Assembly: GCF_018350175.1 (NCBI RefSeq)
Contig: NC_058373.1
Coordinates: forward strand, 116,748,001-116,812,000
Reading direction: 5' to 3'
DNA length: 64,000 nucleotides
Source of the DNA: Felis catus
Lineage: Eukaryota
Shown: positions 49,721-61,506 of the stretch, in pieces
How the letters are laid out: every line of letters begins with the position of its first letter
Numbering within the stretch: position 1 is the first letter of the stretch
Notes under the pieces: generated by a model
What the model was told of the DNA's origin: nothing
The model's database searches: none
What the model saw: the letters and a program-made list of their open reading frames with translations, nothing else
Position numbers and translations under genes: made by a program

Positions 49721-52311
49721 AATACCCCATCCTCCTTTTCTCTCCCCTTGAGTGGGAGAGGAAACTGGAAAGGTGGCTCTCAGCATTATTGCTGCTGGCT
49801 TCAGTGCCCAGTATTAAGTAGAACATGTTAAAGTACTATAGCCAGTTTGCAGTAGAGAAAATTGGTAGTCCTGTTTTCATTAGGAGACGTCAAGTTTCAT
49901 GTATGTGGTAGTGGTTTTCCTAAATGAGTATCTCCACTGTTTTTCTAGGTAATTATTAAAAGTGCAAAAAAATGAAAATATTTTTGGGGTTTTCTATTCC
50001 TTAAAGTCTTCCCTTCAAGTTATTGACATTGAAGGGGAAAGGTGATCATCTCTAATTAGGTTTGCAATATTTATCTGAAGAACAAATGTTAAGAAGCAAT
50101 GTTTATTTGATCACAAATAGCACTGATTCCTTGATTAAGGACACGGATGAAATTTGCTGCTGACTTCGCCTGTTCATTGCCATATTGCACTATTTTATTG
50201 AGGATAAATGAGTTTGACCAGCTGCTTTCTTCTTTGATTCAGGCAGCAAGATCTAAAGAACGAACCATAAAGAAAACATTTTTCCCAAGACCCATTTTGT
50301 ATGAATGAGGCTGTGGCAGAACAGTTGCCATTCCTGAAATTTTATCCGAGATTATGATAACAGCTAATGCACAAACTAAAGTTCAGATGGCCACACATTG
50401 GTTCTAGACAATTCGTGGGTCTGTACGTACATCATCAGGAAGGAAATATACACGACAGTTGTCAGGTCAGTGGAAGAAGGCAGTGTGGCATTATTGGTAG
50501 CTTTATCTTGTCTGTTCACAAGTGATGATTACTCTGCACTGGCTCCTCCGTGCTCTTTTGCCTGGCTAAGGCAGGGATGGGTGACTTGTTGGGAACCTTT
50601 CCAGTGGTAGGGTTCTGTGATTAACACAACTGACAGCAGTGGCATTTGGAAGACACGTGGCTGTGGAACAACCGCGGTTTGCAGTGGTGGAGTTCCGCGT
50701 GGCAGCGACATGCAGTGAGGACCCTTTGGTTCACAGTCCAGAGAGTGCAGCTGTTTCAGGCTCAACTTTGAATTGTGGATTGTGTCTTAAATTCAGCATT
50801 AAATTAAAAATTTAAACTAGTTCCTTTCCCATGGGAATAAACTAGCTAATATCTTCAAATGGTGCAGAAATCCAAGTAATTCTGTTTATTTTGAGGGATC
50901 TCATAGTTACCAGTTTTATTAGTTTCTTACATATTCCTGTGTCTCTGTACAGACATCATCAAATATGCATCTAGAGTCTTACTTCTTCCTTAGAATATAC
51001 AACACGCTCTGGACATTTTCTCTTTTTCACCGAGTAATGTGTTTTGGAGACCTTTCTATGTCAGTATACAGAAAGCTTTCCCATTGTTTCTATGGCTGCA
51101 TAGTATTCTATTTTGTTTCTGTACCATCGTTTATTTTATCGGGTGCCCTAATGTTGGGCACTTGGATTGATTCCACTCTTTTCCCGTTACAAACAATGCT
51201 GTAATGAAGAGCCTTTTTCTGTATAACTGAAATTCATCTTCGTGTCAGATCAATTTAATACCCAATATGAAGCTTTTTATTTTTGTGAGAAGTTTTGCAC
51301 AACATTAGAGAAGATTATTGCGTGTGTGTATAGAACATGTTATGCCAAAGATAAAAATAGATCAGAATGGCTGTGCACATATATAAATAATTTTGACAGC
51401 ATCGCAGTCAGATTTTTAAAATAACTTTCTTACCCAGTATCCATTTCATTTTTTAAAAGCAGTTTTATTTTTGTTAGTAATTTCCAATGAGGATACATTT
51501 TCTAACATCATATTTTGCTCACAACACTGAATTTTTCCAGTCTCTTTGACATTCTTTTTTTAGGGGACAGTAGAGTGATGAATCTTTAAGAAGTGGTTTA
51601 AAAAAGTTGTCATGTTTATAAAGAACAAACCAAAGTAAATGCTGTCAGGGTGAATCATGAGGATTTTTAAAAAAGAACAAGATCTTCATGTCCGGTAATG
51701 ACACGGTAGTTTGTTGCAGACCAGACCACCCAATGAGAAGAACCAGGAACACTGGACAAAATATTTTTAAAAAGTAAGTTTGGAGTTTCACATCTGGAAA
51801 TACGGGGTATATCTATTTTTTTCCCCTATTCTTCCTGCTAAGTACAGCTAAATGCCTTGTACATTGTATGAAAAGTAAACATAAAATGAATCTTCAGGAT
51901 AGAGAGGAGGCAGACCGGCTAAGGACTGTGGGATTTGAGGAACAACACAGTGGTCGTTTGTGATAAAATGAGAATAGAGGGGAACTTGCTCAATTTAATG
52001 AAAAACATCTACCAAAAACCTATAGCTTATATCCTCCTCAATGATGAAAGACTTAGTGTTAACACGGCAAGGATATACAGTGTCACCATCGCTATTCGAC
52101 ATGATACTGGAAGTGCTAGGCAGCACAGTAAGGCAAGAAAAGGAAATAAAAGATGTTAGAGAAAGGGAAAAAAAAATAAAACTTTCCCTATTTCAGGTGG
52201 CTTGATGGTCTACGTGCAAAGCCCCGAGGAAGCTACAAAAACTTCTAGAACTAGAAGGTGTGTTCAGCAGGGTTGTGGGATTCAGCATCAACTCACAACA
52301 ATCAATTTGGT

Positions 52312-52800
52312 ATCTTTGTCGTTTGTATTAGTTGAAGGGTAGTTGACACACAATGTGACATTAGCTTCGGTGCACTATAATGTATGTACTAGTGATTCAG
52401 CCAGTCTGTGCCTTATGCTCTGCTCACCACAAGTGTAGCTGCCTACCATCAGTCATCATACAGCGCTGTTACAGCACCATTAACTGCATTCCTTATGCTG
52501 TATCTTTCATCCCCATGACTTATTCATTTCACAGCTGGAAGCCTGTACCTCCCACTCCCCTTCATCTGCGTTGTCCTTTCCACCCACCCACCCACCCACT
52601 CACCCACTCACCCACTCTGGCAACCACCATTTCTCTGTATTTATAGGTCTGTTTCTGCTTTGTTTTAGATTTCACATATAAACAAAATCATATGATTTGT
52701 ATTTCTCTGACTTACTTCACTTAGCATGATACTCTCTGGGTCCATCTGTGTTGTCACAAATGACAAGATCTCATTCCTTTTTATGGCTGAGTAATATCCC

Positions 52801-52849
<49 letters not shown>

Positions 52850-53555
52850 ACATATATATATATGTATATATGTATACACACACACACCCCACATCTTCTT
52901 TATCCATTCTTCTATTGATGAGCACTTAGTTTGCTTCTGGGTCTTAGCTGTTGGAAATAATGCTATAATAATCATAGGGGTTAATTTATCTTTTTGAATT
53001 AGTGTTTTCATTTTCTTTGGGTAAATACCCAGTAGTGGCATTACTGAATCATATGTTATTTCTGTTTTTCATTTTTTGAGGAACCTCCATACTGCTTCCC
53101 ACAGGGGCTGCCCCAATTTACATTCCCTCCAACAGTGCACAAGAGTTCCTTTTTCTCCACATCCTCACCAACACTTACTATTTCTCATGTTTTTCACTGT
53201 AGCCATTCTGACACGTAATAAGGTAATATTTCATTGTGGTTTTGATTTGCATTTCCCTGATAATTAGTGATGTTAAGCATCTTTTCATGTGTCTCTTGGC
53301 ATCTGTATGTCTTCTTTGGAAAAATGTCTGTTCAGGTTCTCTGCCCATAGTCGTGCCCCAGTTACTTGTTTGGGGTCATTTTTTCTTTGGTGTTGAGTTG
53401 AATATGTTCTTTGTGTATTTCAGATATTAATCCCTGATCAGATATATCATTTGCAAATACATTCAGTAGGTTGCCTTTTCCTTTTGTTGATGGTTTCCTT
53501 TGTTGGGCAAAGCCTTTTTGCTTTGGTGTAGTTCTCAGTTTGATTTATTTTAATG
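52312..53555 (-). mobile_element. L1 3' end with ORF2 C-terminus, nested antisense in the older L1
   Basis: Minus-strand PLLGIYPKKMKT...EEWIKKMW and YYSAIKRNEILSF...IMLSEVSQ are the L1 ORF2p C-terminus. Confidence 0.9.
52803..52886. repeat. Compound (TG)n-(TA)n-(CA)n microsatellite inside L1
   Basis: (TG)19 followed by mixed TA/TG/CA, then (CA)n. Confidence 0.95.
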
Positions 53556-54633
53556 AACATGTGGAAGCTAAAATTAAAATACAATATCACTTCTAATCCC
53601 ATAATAAAAAATGAAATGCTTGGGTATATATCTAACAAAACATGTATAGGACTAGTGTGCTAAAAACTATAAAACACTGCTGAAGGAAATTAAAGAAGAC
53701 CTAACTAAACAGAGAGACATACTATGTTCATGGATTGAAAAACTCAAGATTTTAATGATGTCAATTTTGCCCTAATTAATAATGGTTAACACGATATTGA
53801 AATCCCTGTAAGATTTTTTTGTAATTGTAGACAAGATTATTTTGAAATTTATATGGAAAGGCAAAAGACCTAAAATATCTAAAACAATTTTGAAAAAGAA
53901 GAATGAAATGGGAGAAATCATTGTATTTGATTTCAAGACTTATTATGTGACTACATTAATCAAAACTGCATTATATTATTGGGAGGACAGACTCATAGAT
54001 CAGTGGAACAGGATAGAGGAACTAGAAATAGCACCCATCCCCACATATATCCACGTGATTTTGACAAAGGTGTAACAACAGTTTGATGTAGGAAGGATAG
54101 GCTTTCCAAACAAAGGTGCTGGGACAATTAAATATCCATAGAAAAAATAATGATGTTGACCTAAATATTACACATTGTACAGAAACTTATTAAAATTGAT
54201 CATTGATTGAAATATAAAACTATACAAATTTTGACAGTGATAGAGGAAAAACTTTTTGGGATCTAGGACCTGGTAAAGAGTTCTGAAACATAACACCAAA
54301 AACTTGATTCATAGAAGATAACTGAGAAAATGTATTCATCAAAATTAACAATATCATGTAGTGTTTTTTCCTTAGACATTCGTTGTTTTATGCGTGGTTT
54401 GGGGCCTAAGTTCAGCATAAAGTTTCAGATAAAAGTTAGGTAACAAATTAGCCTTGATTTCATGAGGGCTGCAGAAATCAAAAACAGAGTTCAGGGATCA
54501 CTGAATCTGTAAAACAGTCATTGAAAATCTGGAATGGAAAAACAAAGGCAAAAGTTAAAATTTAAATAGATGTGTTTAAGAGCATATTAGAGCAGAAGAG
54601 AAAAAATCATTTCTCTTTTTCTTTTCCTTTTTC

Positions 54634-54694
54634 TCTCTTCTCTTCTCTTCTCTTCTCTTCTCTTCTCTTCTCTTCTCTTCTCTTCTCTTCTCTT
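54634..54694. repeat. (TCTTC)n pentanucleotide repeat at the tail of an antisense L1
   Basis: About 12 units read directly. Confidence 0.95.
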
Positions 54695-55400
54695 AGTGAC
54701 AACATTTATTGTAAGTGTTCTCTTTAATCTTCATCCCCTAGTTCCCCCTCTACTCCCTCCCACCTCTCCTCTGTTGACTATCAGTTTGTTCTCTATAGTT
54801 AAGAGCTTGGGGGCGCCTGGGTGGCTCAGTCGATTAAGCGTCTGACTTCGGCTCAGGTCATGGTTTCACGGTTCATGAGTTCGAGCCCCACATCGGACTG
54901 TGCTAACAGCTCAGAGCCTGGAGCCTGCTTCAGATTCTGTGTCTCCATCTCTCTTTCTTCCCCTTTCCCACTTGTACTCTGTCTCTCTCTCTCAAAAATA
55001 AATAAACATTAAAAAAAATGTATAGTTAAGAATCTGTTTCCTGGTTTCTCTTTTTCCCTTTGTTCATTTGTTTTGTTTCTTCAATTCCACATATGAATGA
55101 GGTCATGTGGTATTTGTCTTTCTCTGACTGACTTGTTTCATTTAGCATTATATTCTCTAGATCCATCCATGTTGTTGTAAATGGCAAGATTTCATTCTTT
55201 TTCTATGGCTATATAATACTTTGTGAATGTGTGTGCGTGTACACGCGCATGCACATGTGTTTATACACATACATACATACATACATACACACACACATAT
55301 GCACACCCCATATCTTTATCCATTCATCAGTGGATGGGCATTCAGACTGCTTCCATAGTTTGGCTATGTAAATAATGTTGCAATAAACCTAGGGGTGCAG
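54695..55400 (-). mobile_element. L1 3' end (antisense) interrupted by a SINE
   Basis: ttccacatatgaatgag, tttgtctttctctgactgactt, atccatccatgttgttgtaaatggcaagatttcattctttt, ttccatagtttggctat. Confidence 0.85.
54810..55018 (+). mobile_element. Can-SINE inserted in an L1 3' end
   Basis: Full length; tatagttaaga duplicated on both sides. Confidence 0.92.
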
Positions 55401-55864
55401 TTACCAGAATAATTTTAACTGAAGAATGGAGACAAAAAATATGAGAAATACAGAAAAGTACCTAAAACACATTGGGCCAGAGTGAAATACATATATGTGA
55501 TGGAATTCCCAGGAGGAAACCAAGTAAAGCATTATTTAGGGGACAGAATCAATATTTGAAGAAATACTGGTAGAAGATTTCCAGAACCGATGAAAGACAA
55601 TGAATTAAGATGGATTTATGGAGCTCCTCCTGCCCTAAGCAAGATGAATACGAAGAAAATTCGGCATATGTCCATCAGAATCAAAATTTCTGAACTTAGA
55701 AGAAAAAGGGAAAAAATCTTAAATAGCCGGGGGGGGGGGGGGGAAACACCTTCAAAGAAGAATAGGACAACTAGCTGTTAAAATCAGCCATTTGTTGGGC
55801 TGTGAAGCATAAAGGAAAGGTAGAAGCCGCCAGGAGTTTCTAGAGTGCCAAAAGAGTAACTCTC

Positions 55865-56122
55865 TTTTTTTTTTTTTTTCTTTTTTTTAAAGAGCAGACT
55901 GCTTTTTTTTTTTTTTCAACGTTTATTTATTTATTTTGGGACAGAGAGAGACAGAGCATGAACGGGGGTGGGGCAGAGAGAGAGGGAGACACAGAATCGG
56001 AAGCAGGCTCCAGGCTCTGAGCCATCAGCCCAGAGCCTGACGCGGGGCTCAAACTCGCAGACCGCGAGATCGTGACCTGGCTGAAGTCGGACGCTTAACC
56101 GACTGCGCCACCCAGGTGCCCC
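55865..56122 (-). mobile_element. Young felid Can-SINE with 3' unique tag between two A tracts
   Basis: 13-bp TSD aagagtaactctc (55852-55864 and 56123-56135) encloses SINE, A14, a 14-nt unique tag and a second A tract. Confidence 0.96.
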
Positions 56123-56396
56123 AAGAGTAACTCTCACAATGGATTTTCCCCAATAAAAATATTCTTTAAAGATGTAGGCAAAACTAATTTATAGTTGGGG
56201 GGAAAAACTGATCACTTGAGTTAGTTGATGCAGGGATGGGCTGTACACAGGAACCAGGAAACTTGGAGATCATGGAAATAATTTTATATTTTAATGGTGG
56301 TACAGATGTGTTAGAACTCATTAAATCAAATGGATGCAGTTAACTGTTCAGAAGTTATATACCAATAAAGTTGACAAAAACTCAAGGGTAGATTTC

Positions 56397-56620
56397 TTTT
56401 TTTTTTAATTTTTTTTTTTAACGTTTATTTATTTTTGAGACAGAGAGAGACAGAGCATGAACGGGGGAGGGTCAGAGAGAGGGAGACACAGAATCTGACA
56501 CAGGCTCCAGGCTCTGAGCTGTCAGCACAGAGCCCGACGCGGGGCTCGAACTCACAGACTGCGAGATCATGACCTGAGCCGAAGTCGGCCGCCTAACTGA
56601 CTGAGCCACCCAGGCGCCCC
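56397..56620 (-). mobile_element. Can-SINE
   Basis: Full length, CpGs largely retained. Confidence 0.95.
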
Positions 56621-59600
56621 AGGTTTCTGCTTCCATCTAGGATTAAGAAAGAGGGACTGGATTTACCTTCCCATCTGAAACAACTTTTTAAAAAGTAGGC
56701 AAAACAATGAAACCGTGGTTTTTATGACATTGGGCATTAGGCAGCAAAGGACAGTGATCTCTGGGAGCTGGGACACAGATTAAATGAAGGGTAAGGTCAC
56801 ACCAGCTTTCTGCCTAATGAGTTTGCAGACTGCAGCACAGGGAGGAGCATGGCCAGGCGGGGGCAGGGAATGCCCAAGGAGTCTCCCTGAGTGGAGACTT
56901 ACAGGTGAGTCCAGGGAAGCCCAGGAGGGGTAAGTGCATGCATTTGAGGAAACTGCTGGAGGAGCCTTGAGAACCCCCCTACAGGTTTAGGGAGGCAAAT
57001 CCTCAGTCCCCCCACAAAGCCGAGGACAGTTTTTGCATCCACTGGGTCGACTGGAGAACCTCATAGTTCACATGGCAGGGAGTAGTCTCACAGTAGTTTT
57101 GCCTCAATAGTGAGTGGGGCAAAATTACCCTCAGATTAAACACTGCTGTTGTATGACCTAACAGTTGAATAAAAAGCAGGAACTGTAGGCATCAAACTAT
57201 TCCCAACCATCTGTGTCCCAGAGTAGCATTCAGGCTTCCTCAAGGCCTCACAGCCCACACTCAGAACTGCCTCGCAGTAAAGTAAGCACCTTTTAGTGAC
57301 GGTTTTAAATTTCTGGATTAAATCAGACCCTGTAAAAGTTTTATAAGAATTTAAGAACTGGGTTGTGCTCGTGCTCTTTGCCACCCCAGTGACCTTCCCA
57401 AGGCTGTGACAGCAGCAAGAAGAGGTGAAAATGGCGAACCTCAGACCAGTTCTCTGAGAAGCGGGTTCTTCACATCTGTTTCTCCTGGTGGAGGGCTCTG
57501 ACTTTATCATCCCATCTTTCCAGAAACTCAGGGCTATGGAAATCAGATTGCAGTTTTTGTTTCTTTGATTCTGTGTTGAAGTATCCACTTGATCAGAGGA
57601 AGAACAATTTTACGTACAGTTGGTCCTGAGCCGTGAGAGCCCGCGTCGCTCTCGGCGGGTGCTCGGGACACTTTGCTTTATCCAGACTCGAGGCCTTCAT
57701 CTCAGAGACAACCTGTGTCCCTGTAGGATTGACCGTGATTCTTTTTTATAGCATTTGTGGAGTGTCCAGACACGTCCATAATGCTCCCTGGCAAGCATGG
57801 AATTGTATAGCATGATCCTGGGATTACCCAAAGCAAAAATCCTGAACTGTGGATAAACACAGCGTGTTCTCAGAAGGGCCTGTGGTGTCGTCATGACTCC
57901 GTTTTGAGCATCACATGGAAGTAGTACGTATTCGTATGTGTAAACCCATACGCGTGTGTTTGTGCCCGTCTCACAAAAAAGAGTGCTGTTTTACGTAACC
58001 TCCTAACTCAAAACCCCAATCCGCGGCTCTGACTCCATTTACATTTGCTCTTTCCCTTGAAATGGTGCTTGTTACATTTACATAACTCCTCCTCAACAGC
58101 TCCTCTCCTTCTGGCAGAGAACATGGTTGCTAACTAAGGATTACAGGAGCCGGCGTTCAGGGAATGCCACCCACCTTGACTTAATTGCAGTGGAAACCAA
58201 GAATATTGTCACGTTAGGGGATAGAGCAGTGACATCCGGCACAATTCCTAAACGAAGGACATTTGACATTCTAACAGATTTCCTAATCCTCTTACAGGCT
58301 CCTTCTTTTCACAAGCAGCAGACGTCACTTGGTTCTCCTGGCCGCCGGTGGAGTTCACTAGAGTATGAGAAATCAGTCAAAAGAAGGCGGCACATTGTCT
58401 CATTGTCCTTGGATTCAGCTTCTCCAGTGGTTTGGGGGGAAGTTTCCTTACTTTTCTCTGCAGTGAACTCCCTTCTTACATAAATGAAGGCCTCTGAATG
58501 TTGCAGAGTGAAATCTTAGGCCTTTATCTGAGAAGTTTTAAAAAGCCATCCACAAATCCAGTGCTCCTGTGATGCTTTCCGTTGAACAGGGTGACTTTGT
58601 TGTACGTTGTTGCATGAGAAAGGCTGATCTGGGAGGCACAGAGCCAAACGGCAAATAGTCCAAACCCCTTGCTTTCGCCGCATTGCTTTGTCTCTTTGAT
58701 AGCTCTCCCTGCAGGGAGACAGTAAGGGTCTGGCTGTATTAAGGACTATTTTGTAACTGACATGGAGGCTACCGCTATTTTTTATTTGTTAAGTCTTACT
58801 AGGGTAGGTACTCAGATTGATTCTAAAGCCAAGTTGAGGTCTCTACCTGTGGGAGCCCTCCTGCCAGCATTAGCCACATTCAGACATTTGAAGCCGGCCA
58901 GCCGAGAGAAGGGCGAAATGTCAGTGGTGTGCACTATTTCAACTTTCCCACGTGTGGTATACAGAAATGAACTAAATCCTAGATGTGCTTTTGTCTATGA
59001 TGGAATAGAAATGGTGTGATGTCACGTGCTATTTTGAAAATATTCCAGTATCACCGTATCCAGTTATTTGCTAATTTCAGACTGGGAACTTTACCTTCTG
59101 CTTGTTGGAGGAGGCGGAGAAAGGTAGAGCCAATTCTGCGCGATTAGAGCACTCCTAGGGAGCTCTCATGTCTCTGGGTCATGTAAAGGCCATGGAGCTT
59201 CCTTGTCAACAAGGTTGTGTGCAGTGGAGGGAGGAAAGCAAACAAGAGTTTGTCCCCTGTGACATTTTCCTGTTACTATTCTGAATCATCTGGTTTAGAA
59301 AGTTGGAAAGAGTAGTTCAGGTTCACAGTCCCTTATGGAAAACGGTGAGAGCTCGATGCGTTTCAGAGCTCAGAAATGTCCAGAGGATGTATACAGCATG
59401 TAGTAATATTCCCAATGGGATCTGAGACGACACCCCACAATCACATAAGTATTTCCCCAGGGGGGAAAAATGTGAAGTCACACAATGAGAAATAAACTAG
59501 AAATATTAATGTCAGTCCATATCAAGTTTTACTGCCAAAAGTGTTTGCTTACATTTTGTTTTTACGTCTCAGCTTCAGAATTGCAAATACGGGGCTGTGG

Positions 59601-59629
59601 CGGATGTTGCAGTGATAGAAATCTAGCCT

Positions 59630-59855
59630 GGTTGAGTCGTGGTAATATTTAAGAGAGCTGAATCACAGGACTGACAATTTGTGGTCTTGTGTCTCTCCCT
59701 ACTGGGCTAGTTACTTCCTTTTCCAGTCTCCGCCTTCACTTATCTGTCACCCAGGAATAATTGCCTTCTGGGCTGTTATGAAGATAAGCTAATGTATCTT
59801 GAGTACTAAACAATGATTGGCTTACAGCGGGTATTCAATAAATGTTAGCTGTTAC
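59630..59855. mobile_element. MIR relic
   Basis: tgggctagttactt...tctgtc...ggctgttatgaagataa...gtattcaataaatgttagct. Confidence 0.6.
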
Positions 59856-59998
59856 AATTTTGCCTCTTCCCTTTCGTTTTTTACGAGATAAAAATTGCCT
59901 GAGGCAGCAGTCCTGGCGCTGCTCTGGATATAGGCCAAAGCAGTGTGGATTGCCTCGATTTCAGTAGAGAATTTAAAGTCTGTATTTAAAAAAAAAAA

Positions 59999-60207
59999 TT
60001 TTTTTTTAACGTGTATTTATTTCTGAGAGAAAGAGAGTGCGAGCAGGGAAGGGACGGAAAGAGTGAGACTGAAGATCTGAAGCAGGCTCTGCGCAGTGAG
60101 CTCAGAGCCCAATGTGGGGATCGAACTCACGAACAGAACTGTGAGATCATGACCTGAACCGAAATCAAGAGTCGGCTCCTTTACTGACTGAGCCATCCAG
60201 GCGCCCC
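59999..60207 (-). mobile_element. Can-SINE (older)
   Basis: Full length; TSD-like aaagtct..attt. Confidence 0.88.
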
Positions 60208-60702
60208 CAAAGTCTAAATTTTTGTATTGAGAACAACACACAAAGTCTTGTTAAATGACTAATACCACCTTAAAATTTGTTTGCAGAATGACTAGACTTC
60301 TCAATGATGAGTAAATATTTTGATTAATGTCACATCATATTTAAGTCTCTTGAATGCTTCATTTTAACTGTCTCTGAGGAAGGATTGTTTGCCACTAGCT
60401 GATTTGCCATTATGAAGCCCCTTTTAAAGTTTCTATTCAGGCACTCATCTTTTAGAAAAATATTTGAAAAGTACATTGTTGATGATGGTAGTGCTCTAAG
60501 AAAAATATAACTGAGGTTTATAATTTAGTATATTGGAAAAATGGCATTGGGAGAGAAATCTTTCCCAGTTTTACCAGAAAAAAAAAATTAGCAAGAACAT
60601 TAATGTGCTGCTTAGTCCAAAACGATATGAATTTTAAAAGATACAGTTTTAAAGTATTTTTTTGTGTAGTGGAACTCTGCTTTTAAATTTGTAAGGACTT
60701 CC

Positions 60703-60926
60703 TTTTTTATTTTTTTCAACTTTTATTTTTTTTAAAGTTCACTTATCATATTTTGAGAGAGACAGCAAGTTGGGGAGGGGCACAGAGAGAGGGAGAAAGA
60801 GAGAATCCCAAGCAGGTTCTGTGCTAGCAGCACAGAGCCTGATGTGGGACTCAAACTCACGAACCATGAGCTCATGACCTGAGCTGAAACCAAGATGCTT
60901 AACCGACTGAGCCACCCAGGTGCCCC
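60703..60926 (-). mobile_element. Can-SINE (older, internal deletion)
   Basis: T tract, GA tract, CTGAGCCACCCAGGTGCCCC end. Confidence 0.88.
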
Positions 60927-61331
60927 AGCCTTCCCTTTTTAAAAGGCAGAAATTATTGAAAAAGAATTACCTTTTGTTGTCCAACTGTTGTTGTTATTTT
61001 TTTTTTATAGCCTCATTTTGTACTTTGTAATCCACTCAGAGAAAATTCCCTAGAGTATCAACATCTGTTCTCATGATGTATTATCTTGACATACAGAAAA
61101 TTTCAACTCATTTTCCTGACCTTCTCTGTTAATTTGTGAAGATTATAATTATAGATGCTGGTTCCACTGTTAGTTTTTGGATTAGAGGACAGAAGGATTA
61201 AAACAGAAGGATTTGAAGAGAAGAGACCTGTTAGCCATGCTGGGCATGTGCCCTCCAGGAGTTAGGAGCATCTCAGTGGGGCACAGTGGATCTGCCTGTA
61301 TTTATATGCCTCGTACCGCCTCTCTTCGCAG

Positions 61332-61506
61332 CTGAACTATCAGCAGAAGGTAGGCATCATGTACTGCAGAGCTGGACAGAGCACCGAAGAAGAGATATAC
61401 AACAATGAGTCAGCCGGCCCGGCCTTTGAGGAATTCCTTCAGCTGTTGGGAGAACGCGTTCGGCTCAAAGGATTTGAGAAGTACCGTGCACAGCTTGACA
61501 CCAAAA
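61332..61506 (+). CDS. SIPA1L1: SIPA1L1 coding exon 4 (175 nt; [58 protein letters not shown]), start of RapGAP catalytic domain
   Basis: ctctcttcgcag| acceptor, AAA|GTAAGA donor. KVGIMY..GQ..EEE..N....AFEEFL.LLG..V.L.GF..YR..LD is the Rap/RanGAP domain N-terminal signature. Confidence 0.96.

Larger units (their letters stand above)
51960..54350 (+). mobile_element. Old L1 ORF2 fragment (split by the antisense L1 at about 52312-53555)
   Basis: Translations NLLNLMKNIYQKPIAYILLNDERL and KFIWKGKRPKISKTILKKKNE...DFKTYY...IDQWNRIE match L1 ORF2p. Confidence 0.85.
55400..57220 (+). mobile_element. Mixed ancient L1 fragments (ORF1-like, 3' end, 5' end) with SINE insertions
   Basis: aatatttgaagaaata..., ttccagaaccgatgaaagaca, gttatataccaataaagttg, actggatttaccttcccatctgaaacaac; approximate. 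Confidence 0.5.
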
